Source: Octopus vulgaris
Taxonomy: Eukaryota
Reading direction: 5' to 3'
NCBI GenBank assembly: GCA_951406725.2
Contig: OX597830.1
Span: 62,124,001 to 62,188,000, forward strand
DNA: 64,000 nt
The notes below the pieces were generated by a model. The model did not search any database and was not told where the DNA came from. It worked only from the letters and a program-made list of their open reading frames with translations. Every line of letters begins with the position of its first letter. Position 1 is the stretch's first letter. A program made the position numbers and the translations under genes. Of this stretch, positions 1 to 12,940 are shown one piece after another.

Positions 1-598
1 TCTAGCTGTGACCATCCTGTCTTTTTCTTTTTAAGAACATTTAGGACCACATTATCTAACGTGTCCTTTATTTATAATAAGAGTGTGATTTTTCGGGAGA
101 TTTGACTGCTATTTCTAGCTGGTTGAGTGACTATATAGAGGCTCTCATTCATCACCATCATTTAACATCAGTTTTCTCTGCTGGCATGGGTTAGACAGTT
201 TAACTGAAGATAGTAAGCTTGAGCACCATTCAAGCATGGTTGATGCTAGTACCGCATGACTGGCCCTAGTGCTGGTGGCACATAAAAGGCACCATTCAAG
301 CATGGCTGATGCCAGTACAGCGTGACTGGCCCTAGTACTAGTGGCATGTTAAAAGCACCCACTACCCTCTGAGTGGTTGGTGTTAGGATGGGCATCTAGC
401 TGTAGAAACCTTGCCAGATCAGATTGGAGCCTGGTGCAGCCCTCAGTCAAACTGTCCAACCCATGCCAGTATGGAAAGTGGATGTTAAAACGATGACGAT
501 AATGCTGATGAAGAATCTGATGCTTAAGTAAAAGAAATTCCTTATTAGAAAATCAATCAGAAATTTTGGTCATTTAACGGAATTTTAATATTTTACAG

Positions 599-675
599 GG
601 ACGTCTCTGATGTTACAAAATGTCCCGAGATGTTGAAAGGTCGGGTGAAAACTCTCCATCCTGCCATACATGGTG
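599..675 (+). CDS. ATIC: ATIC exon ([25 protein letters not shown])
   Basis: ttttacag|g ... ggtg|gtaagt; 77 nt. Confidence 0.95.
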
Positions 676-3600
676 GTAAGTGGTCATTTATGTTAATGTT
701 GCTTAAGTGTGTGTCATTTTTTTCGCTTGTTTCAGTCACTGAGTAATGTTACAGGGATGCAAACAAACCTACACCAGTTGTTAATGGGTGTTAAGAAACA
801 AATGGCAAAAACCCATGCATGCATACATGTGTATACACGCTCACAGATAATGGGCTTCTTTTCAGTTTCCATCTACCAAATCCACTCACAAGGCATTTGT
901 ATAAGGCCCTTGCCCAAGGTACCACACAGTGGGACTGAACCCTTTCTGACAACATAGCCATGCCTGCACCTGTGATTGTGCATAAATTTTGTCATTAATG
1001 AAATTATTTTAGAATAAAAATAATTAGGTTTCTCAATTTATTTGCTATTGTTTTCAGATTTGACCAGATTATGGAATTGAGTTGGGTTTTCATCATCATC
1101 GTTTAACGTCCATTTTCCATGCTAGCATGTGGGTCTATAATCCCTAATCCTTTTCTTTATTATACTTCACCCAAAATCTTCACCCACCCCTTTTCTCATG
1201 TTCTTTTGGTTGCAGCAGGGTGACCTCACAAGTGCAGGACCCACAAAAACCTTCAACTCCTCCCACCAACAGTAACTATCCTCTTACTGTTCCCGCTACT
1301 ATATCCACACAAAGGGTGGCGAGCTGGCAGAATCGTTAGCACGGCAGGCGAAATGCGTAGCCGTATTTCGTCTGTCGTTACGTTCTGAGTTCAAATTCCG
1401 CCGAGGTCGACTTTGCATTTCATCCTTTCGGGGTCGATAAATTAAGTACCAGTTACGCACTGGGGTCGATATAATCAATTTAATCCGTTTGTCTGTCCTT
1501 GTTTGTCCCCTCTATGTTTAGCCCCTTGTGGGTAGTAAAGAAATATATGTCCACACATCAATAATTTTGTGTTCGCCCCCCACCCCCCTACTACATGATA
1601 ACAAATGTTGGTTTGTTTATTTCCCTGTAACTTAGTTTGGCAAAAAGAGACCAGTAGAATAACTAAGAACCTGAGTTTAATAAGTATTAAGGTTGAGTTC
1701 AACTGAAACCCTTCAGGGAGTGTGCCCCAACATGGCCACAGTTCAGTGAGTGAAACAATTAAAAGATGTAATAATAATTCTAATTAACATTTGCTTGCTT
1801 TGTATGTCAATGGTTGATTAGATGCTATTAACCGTTTACTCTCTCTCTCTCTCCCTCTTCCCCTCTCTCTCTCTCTCTCTTCTCTCTCTTTTCCTCTCTC
1901 CCTCTTCCTCTCTCCTCTTTTTCTCTCTTTTTCTCTTTTCTCTCTCTCTCTGTTGTTACCAGCAGTGACTTGTGGTGTTATTAAAGAAAGAATTTAACCT
2001 GCTTTCATTACTTTATTCTTTAATTTCCAGGAATTCTGGCCAAGCCAACCCCTGAAGATGTGAAAGAAGTTGAAGATCTTAACTTCAATTTGATCCGGTA
2101 TGTTTTTGTGTCATTGTCACTTTAATGGATTTTGTCTGTTGCTCTGAGGAAGCCATATTCTGTAGCCTGGTGGAATTATAGTGCAATGAACTCTAAGTGA
2201 TTTACTTGCTGGAGCCAGGAAAGTTTATACTCGCCAAAAGTATAAAACGATTGTAAGCCATGTTAGGTATTATTGTGTGGAATAGTTTTCTTTGCTCTCC
2301 TAGCCTGGGGGGTTCTCAACCATATTTTGTCTAAGGACTGCTTTGATTACTATTTGATCCTGCTGGACCTACTTAGACATTCAATGTATCATCATCATTG
2401 CTTAACGTCCGTCTTCCATGCAGGCATGGGTGGGATGGTTTGACAGAAGCCTGCACTAGACTTCTGCAACTGTTTTGACAGGATTTTTACAGCTGGATAC
2501 CCTATATAGAAAAAAAATCCTGTACTTTTATAATTATATATTACTAGGAATTGTATAAATTCTTTTCTACTCTAAGAATAAGGGCCAAAATTGGTACTTA
2601 ATTTATCAACCCCAAAAGGATGAAAGGCAAAGTCAACCTCAGCGGAAATTGAACTCAGAACAAAAAGACAGACAAAATACTGCTAAGCATTTTACCCAGC
2701 GTGCTAATGTTTCTGCCAAATCACCGCCTTAGGAATTACTCCCTTTTTACTTGTTTCAGTCATTTAACTGTGGCCATGCTGGAGCACCACCTGCAGTCGA
2801 GCAAATCGACCCCAGGACTTATTCTTTGTAAGCCTAGTACTTATTCTATCGGTGTCTTTTGCCGAACCGCTAAGTTACAGGGACGTAAACACACCAGCAT
2901 CGGTTGTCGAGCGATGTTGGGGGGGGGGCAAACATATACAAATTCTATATAAATTTTTTCAAAATATTTGTGTTGAAGAAATATAACCAATTTGTTGTTG
3001 ATAAATTTTAACATCAAAATCTTATTTGGGCACTCGAGAGTTGTGTGGACCTTAATTGAGAACCACTATCCCAACCCATGCTTCTGAACCTGAGGAACAG
3101 CATTCCCGTTCAAGGAAAATAAGTTTTAGAAGTAGGAGGCAAATATTATGGGGATGCTAAAAGCTTAGAGGCATGAGAATTTTTCTTAGAAATGAAATAT
3201 TTGATCCTTTAATAATTAACCCTTTCATTACCATATTTCTGTTGAGATGCTCTGTGTTTCTTTCAATTTTAAATATAACAAAGAATTTAGTAAAATAACT
3301 TAGTTTATCATTCAGCTAGTGTTAGGAACATAAATTGTGACCAAGGTTTGGTGGAAGATTTCAATTCAGAACTTTTGAAAGCAGGACATTTGTACTCAGA
3401 GCCAGAGCCAGTTTCAGCCGGGTTGGTATCGAAAGGGTTAACCCCAGCAATATCCAGCTTATTTCATCTACCTTATAATGTCATTCTAAAACAAGCAATC
3501 ACTGGAACGTCCAAGCTATAATACATGATTAATTCAAAACGATGTGAATGACTAAGCATTACGTTTGATGGAATAATTCGAATGCTAAAGGGTTAACCCA

Positions 3601-6600
3601 AATACGAGATTTATATTTTATGTGAATTTCTTAAATATTTTGTTTAGTATTACAATGTGATAAACTTTGTCATCATTTGAACAGAAACACAATTGGGGAT
3701 GTATTGACATCAAGTGTTATTTCATTATGTTAACCCTCCATAGAGGGCATTAGTTCACACAAGGATCTGAAGAAGCACATCTTTAGAACATTGTAAGGAT
3801 ATTTTTGGTAACAATTGCATCAGTTTTTTTTTCTCATGTTTTCAGTGTTATTTTCCTCTTTATGTTTCCAAATCTGTACATATGTATGTATCGAAATCGA
3901 TCAACATCAATGGAAATTGTAGCTGTGATACCAGTGCCGGTGGCACGTAAGAGTGCCATCCGAACGTGGCCGTTGCCAGCGCCGCCCCGGCTGGCTTCCG
4001 TGCCAGTGGCACGTAAAATGCACCATCCGATTGTGGCCATTGCCAGCCTCATCTGGCCCCTGTGCAGGTGGCACGTAAAAAGCACCCACTACACTCATGG
4101 AGTGGTTGGCGTTAGGAAGGGCATCCAGCTGTACAAACACTGCCAGATCAGACTGGGCCTGGTGCAGCCCTCTGGCTTCCCAGACCCCAGTTGCACCGTC
4201 CAACCCATGGAAAGCGGACGCTAAATGATGATGATGATGGTTCTACTATAATAATACTCTTGTGTTTTTCTCTGTCACAACATTTGAAAGAAAGAAAGGG
4301 GTGATGGCAAACTGGTAGTGGGAGCATTTCAACTCTGTGTAATGGAAGGGGGATGGTGAACATTCAATGCTGAAAAGAAAAATCAAACAGCGTTTCAACT
4401 CTGTAGTGTTCCTTCAGTTACAAATGATGATTGATGTCACATCTCAAAAGACAACCAATAGATAACATTGACAAGTGTATTAATTTGATTTACCATCCAT
4501 ATTTATATATAAAATACTACAATTAGCTGTCATTTTTTGATGGCACGGGGCCAGCTAGTATACATAATGTTTTATCTTTATTTTATTTTTTTCTTCCCTA
4601 GTGTTGTTGTCTGTAACCTGTATCCATTTGTGAAAACGGTTGCCTCAGACGATGTCACTGCTGAGCAGGCTGTGGAACAAATTGACATAGGTAAGACTTT
4701 GTATTTAACATACTAAAATCTGCTTTAAAATATCACAAAAATTAGGATGTTAATCAGTCTGATTGGCACAGGGGTCGGTAAAATTGCTAATGAGACACAC
4801 AAATGTTTTATGGTGTTTACATTGTCATGCTACATGTACCAGTAATATACTGTGATGGCTTGGTTACTTTAGGTTTTCTTATTTCTTTATTGCCCACAAG
4901 GGGCTAAACATAGAGGGGACAAACAAAGACAAAGGGATTAAGTTGATTACATCGACCCCAGTGCGTAACTGGTACTTAATTTATCGACCCCCAAAGGGAT
5001 GAAAGACAAAGTCGACCTTGGCGGATTTTGAACTCAGAACGGATGGTGACACGTAAAAGCACCATCCGTTCGTGGCCGTTTGCCAGCTCTGTCTGGCACC
5101 TGTGCAGGTGGCACGTTAAAAACACCCACTACACTCACGGAGTGGTTGGCGTTAAAAAGGGCATCCAGCCGTAGAAACACTGCCAGATCAGACTGGGCCT
5201 GATGAAGCCTTCCAGCTTCACAGACCCCAGTTGAACCGTCCAACCCATGCTAGCATGGAGAACGGATGCTAAATGATGATGATGATGATGATGATGAACA
5301 TAACAGCAGACGAAATACCGCTAAGCATTTCACCTGGTGTGCTACTTTAGGGTTTCTGTTGCCAGATAGCCTTCATGTCACTAACATTCCCTTGTTTTTA
5401 TTTCCCCATGGTCAGTTAGGTTTTCACAGAATATTGGAAATGGACACAGCTTGTTTCACAATTGTGATGCTAAGGCCAGCAGACACAGACAGGTGTGTGT
5501 GTGTGTGTTTAACATCTACTTTTTCATGCTTGCATGGGTCAGATGTCATTTGCTTCCCTTTCTGTTGCCAGTCCTCTTCAGTTTCCAAGCAAAATATTTT
5601 CTCACTGCCAGACATTTACAGAAGCTGGAAACAAAAAAACCTTGCCTGTATGATAATGTTAATTTGCAACTATTACATTATATTTAGACAAGGGTACACC
5701 ATGCTGGTGCCACGTGTATAAAGCACCCAGTACACTCTGTGAGGTGGTTGGCATTAGGAAGGGCATCCAAGCATAGAATCCACGCCCAAAACAAATGAAG
5801 TTTGGGCAGGTCTCCAGCTGACCAGCACCTGTCAAATTGTCCAACCCATGCCAAACATTATATGATGACCGTGTTTGTGTGTGTATGTGCATGCATGCAA
5901 TGAGCTTCTTTCAGTTTCCATTTACCAAATCTATTCACAAAGTTTTGGTCAACACGGCCCTCTAACAGAAGCCACTTACCCTAGGTGTCACACAGTGGAA
6001 CTGAACCAGAAACTCCACGGTTCTTAACCACACAGCCATCCTTCCTGTACCCATGTAATACCAGATAAAACGAATGTCACCATAAATTTGATCATTGAAT
6101 TACTTTGAACGCAAAGCCTCATTAGATCCCATGTCATTTAATAAGTTTAATCAGATGCTGCTTAATCCCTTAACTCAAATACACATGACAAAATTGAAAT
6201 CGATCAACATCAATGAAAATTGCAGCTGTGATACCAGTGCCGGTGGTATGTAAGAGAACCATCCGAACGTGGCTGTTGCCAGCGTCGTTCCAACTGGCCT
6301 CGTGCCGGTGGGATGTAAAAAGCACCATCCGATCGTGGCCGTTGCCAGCCTCGCCTGGTCCCTGTGCCGGTGGCACATAAAAAGCACCATCTGATCATGG
6401 CCGTTTGCCAGCATCATCTGGCACCTGTGCCGGTGGCACATAAAAAGCACCCACTACACTCATGGAGTGGTTGGCGTTAGGAAGGGCATCCAGCCGTAGA
6501 AATATTGCCAGATCAGACTGGGCCTGGTGCAGCCTTCTGGCTTCCCAGACCCCAGTTGAACCGTCCAACCCATGCTAGCATGGAAAGTGGACGCTAAACA

Positions 6601-9600
6601 ATGATGATGATGATAATGAATTATGACATTAATTAACGCTTCCTTCCTTTCTCTCCAGGTGGCGTTACTCTCCTCCGTGCTGCTGCAAAGAACTTTGCAC
6701 GTGTTACTGTCATTTGTGACCCTAATGACTATAATGGGTAATGTAGCAATATTAATATAAAATTCTATATTATATAAGTAAATACTTGATGAAGGATTTT
6801 GCACAGTTACATGAGAACCTGTTTCCAAAATGATCCTCTAGTTGCCATGATTTTAAAATTTCGTTTGTATTGATTATAGTTGTTAAGAAGTAAATATATG
6901 GAGTATATTATTGCTGTTGTTAAATATATTATTAGTGTTATGAAGTGTATTAAAGAGTAAAGATTGTTTGCCATCATAACCTGGCAGTCCTGGTTTAGGA
7001 CTAATGTTGCTGTAATTTAGCCCCAGGAGGCATCGTCTCCAGCTGGCTAAACCAGGACTGCCATGTTATGTTGGGAAACAATCTTTACTACAAGGTACTG
7101 TTGCTGAATATCTCACATGAGATTTAAAAATAGTAATTTTGTATTAATGAGGTCCTGACTATTCAGCCAAACAAGTGAAATAGTGAATAGAAAAACTTAG
7201 TAAAGTTTTACTTTGCTGTAAAGACAGAACTCTTCATCGGAAAGAAATGAAATGTTTAATACACTAATGCGTCAATATTCAAGTTTAATTTGTTCCCAGA
7301 GACTGCTTGTAAAGCAGAGCAATAATTTCCCATGATAACAATGATATAAATCGTATTTTGGTCCCAGAAAAATATTTTACTTATAAAATTTATAGTACTT
7401 GTAAATAAATGGCAATAAAACAACAGTAGAATGTAAAGAATATCTTGTGTAAAGCAAAAAGAATGTCAAGATCATTCATAATAAAAAAATATTATAATTA
7501 GAATTGTTTTTTGAATCACATTCCCTTGCACTAGGCTCGTGCACACCATCGCTTGTAGATGCAATTGCCGACTCACAAACATCTGTTGATTTCTTTTTGA
7601 TAAACAATTCTAAAGTTGCTTGCTTAGCTTTTTTCTTTTGCTCTCTATAAATTTCTCGGTAACATGCAGAAGCATTTGTTATGGTTGTAGAAACTCTTGC
7701 ACTTCGTTCGAAATTTGGATCTTGTGCTTGAAAAATTTCCAAGGCTTTATCCAAATGTTGAAACGCTTCCTTGAGTCCTTTAAATGTGAATGCATTAACT
7801 GGCGCTTCTTCAACAGTGTCCTTCTCTTCTATCGTTTCCTGTTCTTGCATTGCAATGAGGTCTTCGTTGGTGAGTTCATCACTATGTGATTGAAGCAGCT
7901 CATCAATATCGCTTGCCGACACATTGAAATTCAATTCATTTGCCAGTTTTACAATTTCTTCTATCTCTTTTTCTACATTTTCTTGTAGTGATTCAAAACC
8001 CTCAAAATCATTAAGAAATTGAGGGCAAAGTTTTTTCCAAATGCCCTTCATATTCTTTTGACTGATATTATCCCAAGCTTTACCTATGATTTTCACTGCA
8101 GTGTAAATATTGTGACTCTTCCAGAATTCCATTAGAGTCGGTCCCCCTTCTTTGACCGTTTCTTCGTTCAACATTGCAAATGTGAGACGTAAATAATGGG
8201 CCTTAAAAGCTGCAATAACCCCCTGGTCCATTGGTTGCAAAAGTGGGGTTGTATTTGGAGGCAAAAAAATAACTTTGACATTAGGATGAAGATGTTTCAG
8301 AATTGGAGGGTGGCTGGGTGCATTGCCAATAAGTAACATTGCATGAAATGGAAGTTGGTTCTTATCGCAATATTCCTTGACTTCCGGCACAAAGTGATAT
8401 GAAAACCATTCTTCAAATAATGTTGCTGTAACCCAAGCTTTTTTATTAGATTTCCATATAACTGGAAGGGTACTTTTTAAGATGCCTTTAAGTGCCCTAG
8501 GGTTCTCCGCTCGATAAACTAGCATTGGTTTCAATTTCAAATCCCCGGATGCATTTCCTCCAAATAATAACGTCACTCGATCTTTTGCAACTTTAAAACC
8601 AGGCCGCGCAGATTCTTCCTTCGCTATGTAACTTCTGGAAGGCATACGTTTCCAGAAAAGTCCGGTTTCATCGACATTAAAGATTAGTTGTGGCACGTAA
8701 CCCCCTTCTTTAATCATTTCTGCCAATGTTTCTGGGAATTTTTCTGCTGCGTCGACATCAGCGCTTAACACTCCTCCTTGCACTTTGATGGAATGCCACC
8801 TGTGGCGATTTTTAAATCGCTCAAACCATCCTCTGCTCGCGACAAAAGTTTCGTTTGTGTCACCTTTCATTTCTTTAAGCATAGTGAAAAGGGACAAAGC
8901 TTTGCTACGAATCGCCGCTCGGTTGACATTCAAATGCATGCGTTGAGTTGTGTCACCTATCCATACATTTAAAAGTTTTTCCATTTCCGGAATAATGCTT
9001 CCAGAATCTCTTTTACGAGACCACGTTGAGTACAAAAGCTGCGCATTTCTCACTTGAGATAAATATTTTTGTTTTTCTTTGAGAATTGTGCAGACAGTTG
9101 AGGAATTAAGTGAAAATTTGTCACTAATGTTCTTCACAGTTGTACCACCATCGTGCATTTTTACAATTTCATACTTCGTTTCCAAAGTGATCGCTTTTCG
9201 TTTCTTTTTCTTCCCGTCGGTGTCCGTTGTACACTTTCGTTTAAGCATATTGGCTGGGCTTAAAAAATGCCGAAAATAATAGTGTAAATAAACGCATACA
9301 ATATAAATATGTGGTACAAAGAATTAGCTTATAATCAAACTGGGGCACCGGACCGTTAATCCATTAATTAACGAAGTTAACATTTTCGCTAACGATTTAA
9401 CTTTTAAGTTAATTCTGGAAATCATTATCGGACTAATTGACTTTCGTTGACTCATGTTAACTTCTGTTGAATTGAAGCTAACGGATTTTATAGTTTTGCC
9501 ACTTTTTAAAGGTGTTTGTAGGTCGTTTTAGAGCCAAAACTCATATTTTTTTTTTCTATAATGGAAATTAACGTTGACGGTTTATCGATAACTTCCGTTA

Positions 9601-12600
9601 CATTGCGAAATAATTAACTGATTAACGGTTATGGAACTTAACTTTTTGGTTAACCGATTAATGATTAATGAAGTTAACTTTCCGATCAACGGTGGGTACG
9701 AGTATCGTAGACTGGTACCCAACGGTGTCCACCTTTGCTTATAATTAATCTCTCAACAATCGCACGCACCGACTCTGAAATTTTAGGCCGTCGTTAACTC
9801 TGTAGTTATTATATGCAGCTGTTAAGACTCGTCAGAACCAGTTTTGCCACACATACACACACACAAAATGGTTAATTAACCTTTTTTATATTTATAAAAT
9901 AAAACTCGTAAACCTGGGGTCTCGTAAAGCGGGTCCTCGTGAAGTGAGGTATTACTGTGCTTCCATAGAATAAGAGAATAAAATAAATTGTGATAGAGAA
10001 AACAATGGCAGGGGAGATAACAAACGAAAATATGTTTTAGGGAGATTATCTCCCTTTCCTTATTTTCGTCCGTATTCCGTTCACTTTGGCTCGGAAGCAT
10101 TTCGGTTCTTTACAACCAAGTGTCGAACCCGTTGTGCGTGCATGTGTGTCTGTGCACGCACGCACACACATATACGCCCGGAAGAACTTTGGGAAAGGCT
10201 TCCGCCCTGTTTTTTTTTTGGGGGGGGGGGACAAAAGGAACTCTTGCCGAACTTTGGATCCCAACCATGTTTCGGTTTCAATCTGACAGTGGTACCTCGG
10301 GCAAGTGGCCTCTATTATAGCCTCGGGTTGACCAAGGCCTTGAGTGGATTTGGTAGATGAAAACTGGATTAAGGTTTAATCTAACACCCGGCCACCAAAG
10401 CAAAAAAAACAAAAAAACAAAACAAGAGTAATAAGTGTAAAAAAAATGTATTAAACAAATATGAAAATAAAAAGTTGTGCTAACGAACTGGAGTGGGGTG
10501 GGACTTTCGGAAAATTCACAAGATCCGATTTTTTCCTTTATAACTTTTAAGAAAATTTTTTTTGATGAAATATTATATAAATATATTTCAAACGGCATAG
10601 ATTACGATTATAAAGAAATTTGTGAGGGAAAATTTTTTTCTGGGGGAGAGGATTTTCGAAGACAAAGCGATTTTTTTTTTTTCACTGCTTGAGTGTAATA
10701 GGAAAAAGTTCGAAAATTTTTTTACATTAATTTATTTTACGTTTGAGTAATAGAAAATTGTTTTGAAAAAGATCCCATGTATCATGATGAGAGAAACAAA
10801 TTCATAAATACGGTGTTAAATATGGTTTCACTATGGAAAAAAGTTAAAGGCGATTTAGCTGTTGTTTTTAGCACGTTTCCACTGCTAGGCAAGAAGAGCT
10901 GTGTTGAAATGATTTTCTGTATAAAAAAAATATATGCGCCTACGTACCCCTCAGAAAAAAAATTTTCAGCCATAAACTTCCTTATAATCGTTATCCATGC
11001 CGTTTGAAAGGTAGTTATATAAAATTTCATTAAAAGATATCCATTTTCCTAAAAGTTATGGAGGGAAAAATTGGATCGTATAAATTTTTTGAAAGTCCTC
11101 TCCTTACCCTCTCAGAAAATAATTTCCTCCGCAAATTTCTTTATAATTGTAAAAGTTATAAAGGGAAAAATTGGATCTTGTGAATTTTCCAAAAGTCCTC
11201 TCCCATCCATTTTGTTAACGCAAATTTTTGTTTTCATATTCGTTTAATACACATTTTTTTACACCTATTACGCTTTTCGCCCCGTTTCGTGTCCGTTGCC
11301 AGCCTTGCCTGGCTCTCGTGCCGGTGGCACATAAAAAGCACCATCCGTTCGTGGCCGTTTGCCAGCTCTGTCTGGCACCAGTGCGGGTGGCACGTAAAAA
11401 GCACCCACTACACTCACGGAGTGGTTGGCGTTAGGAAGGGCATCCAGCCGTAGAAACACTGCCAGATTTGACTGGGCCTGATGAAGCCTTCTGGCTTCAC
11501 AGACCCCAGTAGAACCGTCCAACCCATGCTAGCATGGAAAGCGGACGCTAAACGATGATGATGATGATGTTAAAGTAAACTCTCTTTACTCTTTTATTTG
11601 TTTGTTTACTTGGCCATGCTGGAGCACCACCTTTAATCAAGGATCTCGACCCCGGGACTTATTCTTTTGTAAGCCCAGTACTTATTCTATCGGTCTGTTT
11701 TGCCGAACCGCTAAGTAACGGGTACATAAACACACCAGCATCGGTTGTCAAGCAATGCTAGGGGGACAAACAGACACGCAAACATATACACACACACACA
11801 CATATATATACATATATACGACGGGCTTCTTTCAGTTTCCGTCTACCAAATCCACTCACAAGGCTTTGGTTGGCCCGAGGCTATAGTAGAAGACACTTGC
11901 CCAAGATGCTATGCAGTGGGACTGAACCCGTAACCATGTGGTTGGTAAACAAGCTACTTACCACACAGCCACTCCTGCGCCTACAATAACTGTAAACTGA
12001 AAGAAGCCTATTGTGTGTGTGTTACAGCTTCCTTGCCTTGTTATCGCATGATAGCTGTAAACAAGCCTCACTGTTATGCAGGCGGTGTCTCTTGTTTTCT
12101 TCTAGTCTTCTGAGACCTGTCTTGTCATGGAGAAACATTACTTCGAAACAGGTGGGGATTGACAACAGGTAGGGCTTCTGATTATAGAAAAACTGCCTCT
12201 ACAAATTCTGCACGACCCGTGCTAGCATTGAAAAGTGGACATTCAAACAGGGATGCTGATTCTATCTCAACACTTTTAGGTACTCGATTACTCTTCAATA
12301 TTTAACCATTCCAGTATAAGGCAGCAAGCTGGCAGAATCATTAGCACACTGGACAAAGTGCTTAGCAGCATTTTCAACTTTTGGGGAGGTGGAGTTAACA
12401 AAACATGGACCAGTTGACCTCTATCCCCATCCCCCAAAATTTCTGGCCTTGTTCCAAAATTTAAGCCCAATATTTTACCATTCAAACAGAGTGTCTGTTG
12501 CCAAAAGTTAAGGACAATTGTTTCAGAGATAAGAACTCTGTGCTCCTTTAAAAATGCGCTACTTAGCTCGGTATTCACAACTGGATTGCACTTTTATCTT

Positions 12601-12902
12601 TTAGCTGAGGTGTTGATGTTAGATTATCCTAGTTTGTTTCCCCAGTTTCTCTTTGTGTCTTTGGTTCCTCCCTGAAATACATGCCCAGACCTGGTTGTGT
12701 GGTTAGGAAGCTTGCTTCCCAACCATGCGATATTGGGTTCAACCCCACTGAACAGAACTCTGGGTCAGTATCTTCTGCTGTATCTCTGGGTTGAATAAAG
12801 CCTTTTGAGTGGATTTTGGTAGGTGGAAACTGAAAGAAGTCTGTCATGTGTCTGTCTATATGGGTTCTTTATGTGTGTGGGTGTGTAATATAATATATAT
12901 AC

Positions 12903-12940
<38 letters not shown>

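Larger units (their letters stand above)
7262..9957 (-). mobile_element. Tigger/pogo element boundaries (degenerate TIRs)
   Basis: Right end reads CAGTAATACCTCACTTCACGAG on the - strand (9957-9936). Left end TA|CACTAATGCGTCAATATTCAAG at 7262 is a decayed match (~14/22). Confidence 0.6.

Noticed and set aside
3895-6615. Regularly spaced direct repeats (gtgccggtggcacgtaaaaagcacc) resembling a CRISPR array
   Set aside because: The intervening sequences are similar to each other, the unit recurs in dispersed retroposon copies, the context is eukaryotic, and there are no cas genes.
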